A stretch of 64,000 bases of DNA, taken from assembly GCA_964016885.1 (NCBI GenBank), contig OZ024746.1, positions 101,184,001 to 101,248,000 of the forward strand, read 5' to 3'. The notes under the pieces are model-generated. The model did not search any database, was not told the origin of the DNA, and worked only from the letters and a program-made list of their open reading frames with translations. This DNA is from Eledone cirrhosa (Eukaryota). Shown here piece after piece: positions 41,201 through 51,900 of the stretch; the first letter of the stretch is position 1, and each line of letters begins with the position of its first letter. The position numbers and the translations under genes were made by a program.

Positions 41201-44200
41201 ACCCTGTATTACTGCGTGACGCCAGAAGTCACGGTCGTGTGTCATTGACTTTGAGAGGTGTAGTTGGGTAAGGTCGGCTTTTATCACCTCATCCCAGGTC
41301 ATCTTGGGTCTCCCCACTCCGCGGTTTCCATCAACTTCTAGTGCTCTGCACCTTTTTATGCAGCTGTCATCCTTCATACGCATCACATGTCCATACCAGC
41401 GTAACCGCCTCTCCTGCACGCAGCATTTGATTCCTCTTATGCTCAGTCTCTCTCTCAATTCCTTTATGCTTTGTCGTTCACGTATATTACTGTTACACAT
41501 CCATCGGAGCATGCAGGCTTCGTTTCTCTCTAATCTACGTAAGTCTTCCACCTTCAGCGCCCAGGTCTCACTACCATGCAACATCGCTGTTCGGATACAC
41601 GCATCATACAGTCTGCCTTTCATTCTGAGGGAGAAGCCTTTTGCAGCTAGCAGTGGTAGTAGTTCCCTAAACTTCTTCCATCCCGTTCTTACCCTAGTTA
41701 TTGTACTTTCTGAGCACCCACCTCCGTTGCTAATTCGGTCACCTAGGTAGCAGAAGCTGTCTACTGTTTCTACAGGGCCCTCCCAGAGATTGGTGGTACT
41801 TGTTTCCTGTGGCTGTTTGCTTGCTGTTTCAGCACAGCTGCTGCATGTGTGTGATATATATATATATATATATCATCATCATCATTATCATCATTTTACG
41901 TCCGCTTTTCCCTGCTTGCAAGGGTGGGATGGGAACTGATTCTGGCTTGATTTCTACAGCTGGATGCCCTTCCTAACACCAACCTCATTTACAGTGAGTG
42001 CTGGGTGCTTTTTTGCCGTGGCACCTCCACGACCACTTTGCAGTGGAATGATAGGGACCCCAGTCCCTATCATCTCATTTCTACAGCTGAGTAAACTGGA
42101 GCAATGTGAAATAAAGTGTCTTGCTCAAGGAAACAACACATCACCCGGTCTGAGAATTGAACTCACAAGCTTTCGATTGCAAGGCCAATGCTCTGACCAC
42201 TAAGCCATCTGCCTCCATATATATATATATCATCATCATTATCATTTTACGTCCGCTTTTCCCTGCTTGCAAGGGTGGGACGGGTCTTATTCAGCACAGC
42301 ATCTCTCCACTTGCCACGGTCCTTCGTCATCTCCACCGTGAGCTTCAGCGATCTGAGGTCTGTTCTCATCACCTCCGCCCATGTTTTTCGTGGTCTACCT
42401 CTACCACGTCTTCCTTCAACTGGCATTTCCTGGCACTTCTTCACCCATCGGTCATCCTCCATGCGCATCACATGTCCATACCACCGCAATCTCCTCTCTC
42501 GCACATTACATTCTATCCCTCTCAGAGACAGTTTCTCTCTCAACACATCCATGCTGGGTTGTTCACGCACATTGACATTGCATATCCAACGGATCATGCT
42601 TGCCTCATTTCTCTCCAACCGTCGCATATCCTCTGCAGTTGCTGCCCATGTCTCACTACCATGCAGCATCGCGCTCCTCACACAGGCATCATATAACCGG
42701 CCATTTGTACGCAACGAGAAACCCTTCTTCGTCAGCAGAGGAAGCAGCTTCCTAAACTTCTTCCAACCCATCCTTATTCTAGATACTATGGCCTCGGAAC
42801 ACCCCCCTCCTATGCTAATCTGATCTCCTAGGTACCGGAAGCTATCCACCACTTCTATAGCACCCGCCCTCATTTGAAAAATGTGTCTATCAATGTCACT
42901 TCTACTGTCTAATTTCCCTGTACATCTACTGCATACTTATTTCTCCCTACCTGTTAGTTTGCCTGCTATCCCACTACATCTCTTGTGTACCCAGGATCTG
43001 CATTGAGTGCATTTTATAGAATTTATGCCAGTTCCTTTTCTGCATATTGAACATGGCCATTTCCCGGACAGTATCAGAGTTTTATCCTCTTTTCTACTCA
43101 TCAACACTTTTGTCTTAGCTAGGTTCACTCTCAGTCCTCTTGCTTCCAACTGCTGTTTCCATAGCCAGAATTTATTCTCTAGCTCCTCTACTGATTCTGC
43201 TATAAAAACCAGATCGTCAGCATAGAGAAGTTACCATGGACAGCCAGTCTTAAACTCCTCTGTTATGGCTTGGAGGACTATAATGAACAAGAGCAGGTTG
43301 AGGACCGAACCCTGATGTGCTCCTATATGTATCTGGAATTCCTCACTAAACTCCATTCCTACCCACACTTTACTGACAGCACCTCTGTACAAAGTTTGCA
43401 CTGTCCTCACAAGCCATTCCTCAACACCTAGTTTCCTTAGGGACCACCAGATGACAGATCGGGGTACCCTATCAAAGGCCTTCTCTAGGTCAACAAAGGC
43501 TAAGTATAGTGGCTTATTCTTCTCTAAGAACCTCTCTTGTAGTTGTCTCACTAAGAACAGGGCATCTGTTGTACTTTTCCGAGGCACAAAACCAAACTAC
43601 ATCTCATCTAATTTGACCCTTTCTCTAATTAGTTATGCTAATATCCTTTCTGCCACTTTCATAACCTGATCCATCAGTTTTATACCCCGATAATTGCACC
43701 TCTCCAGAGCATCCCCTTTACCTTTGTAGCAATTTATGAGAATACTGCTGCACCAGTCTTTGGGTATGACACCACCATATATAGCCTGATTGATGATGTG
43801 TGCAACCAGTTTAGTGCCTACATCCCCTGATACCTTCAGCATCTCAGCAACTATCCCCGACAGTCCAAGCAGCCTTACCATTTTTCATTTCCTTAATCGC
43901 CTCTTGGACCCTATATTCGTCAATCTCAATAGCTGGTCCCTCTGTCGGATCTACTGAGGGTAATTTCTCTCTCTCCCATTCGTTCTCCACATTCATCAGT
44001 CTCTCATAATGACATTTCCAGGCCTCCTTTTTCTGATCATTCGTGACACTAAGTACACTGGCATCATTCCGGACACATTTATAATAATAATAATAATAAT
44101 GAAATTATTGTGTACAGTGCTCAGGTGCACTACAACTCATCAAAGGTGCATGTATAGTACATAGAATAATGTACAAATGTCAGGAAAATGAACAGTGAAC

Positions 44201-47200
44201 GAGTCATGATATAATAATAATAACAATAATGAAATATTGTGTACAGTGCCCAGGTGCACCACAACTCATCAAAAAAGTGCATGTAGTGTACATAGGGCAA
44301 TGCACAGACATCAGTAAAATGAACAGTGCACGAATCATGATACACACATGTGTGCATGTGTATGGAAGGGGTACATCAGGTGTAGTTTTGGCGTATTTCG
44401 GGAAGCATGAGTGTCTTAAAGGATGCAGTGTCTCGACAGCTCACAACTGACACAGGCAGTTTGTTCCATGCTTCAGCAACTCTGAGCGTGAAAAAATGTC
44501 TATGAAAGTCATGGGAGCTGTGCTGTTTTCTGATCTTGTAGGCATGTCCACGTGTGTTAGACACATGGAGATCAAAGAGGCGCTCAGGGTTGCAATTGGC
44601 AAGATGGTTAAAAACTTTGTGGGTATTCACCAAGTCCATTGCCAGATGTCGGAGCTTCAATGAATCCATGCCCAGGGAAGCAAGGCGTTCAGAGTATGGT
44701 AGGTGTCTGATGGAGGGTATGCGCTTGGTTGCACGTCTCTGAACAGTTTCCAGGAGGTCAATGTTCTGAGCAAGATAGGGGTTCCAGACTGATGATGCGA
44801 ATTCCAAGTGTGGTCGTACCATAGCTGTATACAGTTTTAAATAGATGGCTGGAGAGCGGCTAACAAAGGTCTTGCTGAGTGATGCCAAGACACCCTCGGC
44901 CTTCTTGACAATCTTAGAGACATGCTTTGTCCAACGCAAATCGTTGCTGATAGTAATGCCCAGGTCACGTTCACAAGAGGACTTTTTGATATCAGTGTTG
45001 TGGAGGGAGTATGTGGACGCTGGATTTTTCCTTCCAAAATGCATGGTGGTACACTTGTCCACAGCCAGCTTCAGTTGCCAGTCTGTGATCCATTGCTGCA
45101 TTGTGTCCAGGTCTGATTGTAGGAAAGAGTTGTAAATTTCAGGATCAGTCCTTTTGATTTCAAGGTACAGCTTGATGTCATCTGCATATTTTAGTACCGT
45201 GGCATTCTGTAAGTTGGCATCTATGTCGTTAATATATGCCACAAACAAAAGAGGACCAAGAACAGATCCCTGTGGTACACCAGATGACATCTCATATGGT
45301 GAAGAATGCTGTCCTAGAACCGTGACTACTTCTTTTCGGCTGAGAATGAAGGATTTCAACCAGTCGAAAAGATCATCCCTCACACCCATTGCAGAGAGTT
45401 TTGCCATAAGTCTTTTGTGTGGCACAGAATTAAAAGCCTTAGCAAAGTCAAGGTAAACAACATCCACCCATGAGCCGCTGTCAGTGATCCGGGTGATGTC
45501 CTCAAGGAACTCGATAAGCTGATCACAGCAGCTGGAGTTAGGGATAAATCCAAACTGTGAGGGTCGGATGAGGCTGTGAGAGCTCCAGAAGTTCCAAAGT
45601 GTTTCTCTGACACAGGATTCCATCAGTTTGGCCATACAGCTAGTAAGACTGACTGGACGATAGTTGACAGGTGACATGCAGTTGCTCTTTTTGAACAGGG
45701 GAATGACACTGGCAGTTTTCCACTGCTCCGGAGTAGCACCATTGTTGAGACAGTATTGAAAGAAGAAAGAAAGCTGGCGCAAAAGGAAATACCCGCCACG
45801 TTTGAGAAGCAGGTATGTCACACCATCAAGACTAGGGGAGGCATAGTTGCGCTTATTCTTAAGGTGACGTCGCAACATTGCAGGTGTAAATTCCATAGCT
45901 GTTATGGAATTTGATGTTAGAGATGGTGGAGATGGTACATTCTGGTTTTCAACAGTAAAAATACTTGCATAGCACTCAGCAATGAGTTCTGCACATTCCT
46001 TGGGATCATCAGTGATCTGGCTTGTGTGGGGATTGCGAAGAGGACCAACTGGAGAGTGAGGTCTCTGCTTTGAATGAACATATTTCCAGAACACCTTACT
46101 GTCAGGATTGGTTGCGATGCACTGTTCAAATTTAAGCACTGCCTTCTTTTTCACTTGCTTGAGATGGTTAGAAGATTTATTCTGCTTTTTTCTGTTGGCA
46201 TCTGATCTATGCAGTTTATATTCCCGTTCAGCGTTCCGACGTTCTTTCCTGGCAAGTCGGACCGCTGAAGTTTCCCAGATTGCACTTTTGGGGTGGTTAT
46301 TTTTCCGCTTCTGTGGCACTGATGCTGCACATGCTATCCATATTGAGTCCAGGATGCTCTGGAGTATAGAGTTCACATCTCCAGAGTTATACATCTCATG
46401 CCAGTTTGGGCGCTGTAGCTCAGTGCAGTACAAGTTCCAATCCGCCCTCTTCCAATCAAAGCAAGCAGATTGGAGATGGCTCTGGTTTTTGTTGTTGCCC
46501 TCAAGTGCCAGATTGGCAATGATCATAGCATGATCAGAGTCGCCTAGAGGTTCCTCAGTAGTACAACTGATAACCACTTCAGGAGTAGTGGTGAAGATCA
46601 GGTCTAAAGTGTTGTCACCTCTTGTTGGAGAGGTGACTACTTGTGACCAGTTTGAGTCCAGCACTAGTTCAAGGAAATCGTTTGCACCCTGTGGCCAACG
46701 AAAGGTTTCCCAATCGATCTCTGGATGATTGAAGTCACCTGCAATAAACACATAAGTGGCTGTTTTCTTGGCAGCAACTCTGAGGATATCGCAAAGCTGT
46801 GTGTCCTGATGGTAGTTTGGGGGGCGATAAACAACACCAAGCAGAAGTGTTGACATGGTCATACGTATGTCACAGAAAAAAACTTCTTCCTGTGATTCGT
46901 TCAAATCAACGCAAGGAATTACCGAAAAGTTTGAACGAACGTAGACCATCACACCACCACCACGGCGGTTAATGCGGTCCTTGCGGAAAAGGTTGTACCC
47001 AGTAATGCTGAAAACCCCATCACAGAGTAAGGAATGTGCCCATGTTTCCGTGACTGTGATGAAGTCAGGGTCGATGCTTCTGACATAGGATTCGAACAGA
47101 TGTATCTTGTTGCATAAACTGCGAGCATTTAAGGACAACAATTTGTACCCTGCTCGCAGTTTATGATGGTGTGTAGAGGGTGGCAGGTTGTTCTGGTTTA

Positions 47201-48842
47201 GTTTCCCAGAGTTGTAGCAGTTTTTACATTGCCAGTTATTGTGGGTAGATCACACTCAGACCAGCTGGTATCTCTCTTCCACGTTTCACCAGCCTTGACA
47301 AACCTCCAGATCTGCCCATCATCACGCAGACTAAAACTTTCATCTTGTGCTGAGTTCCGATTCAAGGAAGCTGCAGCACGTAGCTTTGGACGTACATGGG
47401 GTGGTAGGCCTGGGCGTGTTCGGAAGGTAATCCGATTTTCACGCCCAGCTTTAGCAGAGGCCAGATGATATGAGGTTGCCTCTGCGGGGTCCGAAAAAGA
47501 CAGCCTGATGAGTCTGGGTTTTGGACCAGGTCGACCAAGGCGGAGAGCACCAACAACATCCTGATTTGCATTGACACACTGCCTTGCAATGTGGAACACC
47601 ACACGCCTCTGATTTTCCCATCGCAGAACATTGGCAAACCTCCTACTCTCAGCCCCCCTGCGTGCTAAGTACACCTGATGTCTAGCTTCTCTCTTAGCGG
47701 CTGTATATCCTTATCTACTCCCACCCTTTTCCCAAGCCTTCCATGCTAGTCTTTTGTCTCTAATGGCCCTATCTACTGTGCTATTCCACCACCAGGTCAC
47801 TCTCTGTCTGGTTGGAGCTCTGCTCCAGCCACAAGTTTCATCAGTAGCCTGCAGTAGGTGGTCATGTAAGAAATTCCAGTTATTATCTATGTCATACGAC
47901 TCTAAATCGTCTTCTTTTTCGTCATACACATCTTGAAGGGCTTTGCTAAATTTGTATCTTAGTGAAAGGTCTTTTAGCTTCCAGACCTTTCTTCTCCACA
48001 CCTTCCTGTATGTCTCATTCCATCTCTTGCTTACTGAGATATCACTAATGACTAACCTATGCTGTGGGGTACATTCTTCCCCAGGGTATGCCTTGGTTTT
48101 TGACACCATCTGCCTGTCCCACTGCCTAACTAGTAAGAAGTCAATCTGGCTTATATGCTCGCCTGATTTGTAGGTTATTAGGTGGTTGGCAGGTTTCTGG
48201 AACTAGTGTTGCAAATAGTCAGTGTACTTGCATCACAAAATTCAAGAAGTCTCACTCCTTCTTCATTTCTTGAGCTGTAACTGTGCCCACTATGTACCCC
48301 ATTGTTACCATCCTGGAGCTATCCAACATGACCATTGAAGTCCCCTGCTAGCATAACGATGTTTCCGTCCTCTGTCATTGAGGTTGTTTGTAAAAGTTGC
48401 TCGTAAAAGCAGTCTTTCTCTTCTTTGCCTAGGCCTGCTTGGGGAGCATAGGCAGAGATGATTGTCAGTAGTCTCTTGCTTACAACTAATCTAAGCTTAA
48501 TTATTCGATTACTAGCTCAAACTACCTCTATTGTCTTATTGATCCATCTCTCAGCCAGGAAAATGCCTACTCCCCCTAACCCATCATCCTTACCTACCCA
48601 GAAAAGCTTATAGCTAAGATGTTTGCCTGCGACTAGTCTAGCAGAGGCACCTCTCCATCTCACCTCTTGCACGCACCACACATCCACATGTCTTCTCTCC
48701 AGCATCTCCACTATTTCACCAGATCTACCTGTGAGAGTGCCAACATTAAGTGTTGCAACTCTGAGATGCGACATCTTCAAATTTTTGTTGTTCCTATATA
48801 TTTGTTGCTGTGCACATAATTGTTTTGGCATTGATACACTGG

Positions 48843-48901
<59 letters not shown>

Positions 48902-51900
48902 GTAAAAGGTAAACAGAAATAACAACACAATCGGTACAGTATATGGAAGGAATATATTAGGTTAACTCTTGAAATAGCAGGAAGAGGGTCTTAACGCTTT
49001 GGACACTAGTCCTTCATCAGAAAAAAGAATGAGAAATTAGATAGATTGAGGGGACAGGAGGGTTGGAATTGGAAAAAATGTTTTAAGATAAAAAAACAGA
49101 TCCATTCATGTCGATATATATATATAATGAATGAAAACATATCAAATATGTTTAACATTTTGTGTTTCTCAATAAGCAAGCTCAATAGACTTTATCTAGA
49201 GCCATAATAACCAAAAAAGGATATATGTATATATATAGAGAGACATATATTGTAAAAGAAACACAGTATATTGTTTATAAACCAAATACATATTTTATAG
49301 AAGAATATATATACAGATGGAATCATATGTGAAACCTTATAGCACTATCTCATACCTGGGAAGTGTGGCTAAAAATCGATCTATGTCATCGATCATCAAA
49401 ATAAAAAAAACAAAACAATTAGCCATAATCTACAGGTATGAATTAGTGCTATAAGGTTTGATTTCACCTTTGTAAGTATTCTTCTATAGAATATGTATTA
49501 GGTTTATATACAATATACCGTGTTTCTTGTGCGATATATAGTTCTTTCTCTATATATATACATGTATCTCTTTATTTAGTTATATATATATATATATATA
49601 TCACTATCTGGTCCAAGGATAGAACCCATGGTTTTATGAATATAAAACGAAAGCCTAGCCTCTAGGTTGTGTACTTTCATGACTGTATTCCATAAACAGT
49701 TATAACTGGGAGAAAAGGGGGTACATTGTATGGCCAACCTAGATTACAGAATACCTTTAAGTTAGCATGACACAGTAAAAGATTGTTAAATACAGACTTT
49801 GTCTATGAGGGTAGTGTTTGGGTATAGCGTTAGCAACCCTGCTGAGTGTACTGGGTGTTAGAAGTAGGAAGAGACAGAGTAAATAATAAACATCCTACCA
49901 TTTGAAGAATTCATTGACCGTCGATTGAAATGTGGGCTGTCTGCATTGGAAGTGGCTATCAAGTTTTCAAAGGCTAAATTGAGAGAATTGAGTAGTCCAT
50001 GGCTTGTTGATTGACCACTACTTGAGGAAGATGTGCTACTTAGAGAGTTAATTGAGAGAGGTCGTTTAGCACCATCTCGGAAGTGGTCAACTGAGGAGAC
50101 TGCAATAGAATTACGGGAACGTGCTAAAACAGAGAAATGGAGAAATGGAGGTAATGTTGACTGATTTATTTTACTCATTTACACATTTTTAAATGTTGAA
50201 TAAATTTGTAAACAAGGATTATTAAAAATATATATACACTTGTTTATATACACTTGTGTATATTCACTGATACATGGGACATATAGAAATATATACACTT
50301 GTGTATATATACAGTTGTATACATGGGACATAGAAATATATATACTTGTATATATGGGACATATAGAAATATATACACTGATACATGGGACATATAGAAA
50401 TATATACACTTGTATATATGGGACATATAGAAATATATACACTTGTATACATGGGACATATAGAAATATATACACTTGTATACATGGGACATATAGAAAT
50501 ATATACACTTGTATACATGGGACAGATAGAAATATATACACTTGTATACATGGGACAGATAGAAATATATATACTTGTATATATACACTGATACATGGGA
50601 CATATAGAAATATATACACTGATACATGGGACATATAAAAATATATACACTTGTATATATGGGATATATAGAAATATATATACTTGTATATATACACTGA
50701 TACATGGGACATATAGAAATATATACACTTGTATACATGGGACATATAGAAATATTTACACTTGTGTACTGGGACATATAGAAATATATACACTTGTTTA
50801 TATACAGTTGTATATATGGGACATATAGAAATATTTACACTTGTATATATGGGACATATAGAAATATATACACTTGTTTATATACAGTTGTATATATGGG
50901 ACATATAGAAATATTTACACTTGTATATATACAGTTGTATATATGGGACATATAGAAATATTTACACTTGTATATATGGGACATATAGAAATATATACAC
51001 TTGTTTATATGGGACATACAGAAATATGTAATTTTGGTCTCCCCTAATTTTCTTTTCCGAAGATGATCTAGGGGTGGACAGTCCAAAGTGCCCTACAAAC
51101 TGTCAACATCACCTGGCACCGATGTCAACGAGCTGCCACTGACCAACAGCATTGGAGACAATTGATTGACTTATGTTTCTGATGGAACAAGCCAGACTAA
51201 GAGCTAATGTATTAGGGTTAAGTCAACTATGTCTCTTTATCTTACTAATTTGTGATGTTTTCTACTAATTCATCACCTACATCATATGAAATAAGTTAAG
51301 ACTTACCAGCAAATTGTCCATTAGAGACTAAGTGGTCATTTGAATTATAATCTCCTTTCAGGTCAAAACTTGGTTTACTTCCCATCCCCATTGAAGCCAT
51401 CTCAGATTTTCGGCTTTCTGTTAGGAAAAATATATTGACACACATTATTAAATAGATTTCTTTTAAACACCTGACACATTATTAAATAGATTTCTTCTAA
51501 ACACATGTAAACATACATTTTGTTTAACAACAACAATAGTAATAGTATTAATAACAAAGACCACTAATAGCTTCTAATATATGTTTCAATCCACAAAGAT
51601 GACAAAATCAAGGAAATAGAGACATTATCCAAATACCCAGGAATATATGTGGCATATGTGAGGAATATATGTGGTATATGTGAGGAATATATGTGGTGAG
51701 TTGATGGGAAATATTAGCCATGGTTAATTTCAATAAAAAAAGGGAGGATGTGAAATCATTAAAAGACAGAATGACAGAGGGTAAGGTAAGGAAATATGAT
51801 AATTGTGATAACAGTTGTGTGAATAGCCAGGTCTAATCCCAATTATGGGAGTAACCTGTCCAACCTACAGTTGGTCAGCATGGACATAGGCCTAAAATCA

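Larger units (their letters stand above)
42229..48780 (-). mobile_element. Near-full-length degenerate RTE LINE (family A; APE-RT-zinc finger), interrupted by a CR1 insertion at 44083-47547
   Basis: MSHLRVATLNVGTL...VQEVRWRG, SAYAPQ, GDFNGH, QHRLVI (APE); NYRGIKL, FVDLEKAFDRVPR, HQGSVL, YADDL (RT); CSICRKG..C..WVHKRC; RRLRWYGHV; (GAT)n tail; several stops and frameshifts. Confidence 0.92.

Noticed and set aside
42075-42215. tRNA genes (also at 39085, 52474, 58270, 63212)
   Set aside because: A and B boxes are present, but I could not build a cloverleaf. They are followed by SINE bodies and in some cases flanked by TSDs.
44100-44160. TGATGA plus a stem in the CR1 3' UTR as a hammerhead
   Set aside because: There is no GAAA or stem III after the stem; it is better explained as the LINE 3' recognition stem-loop.
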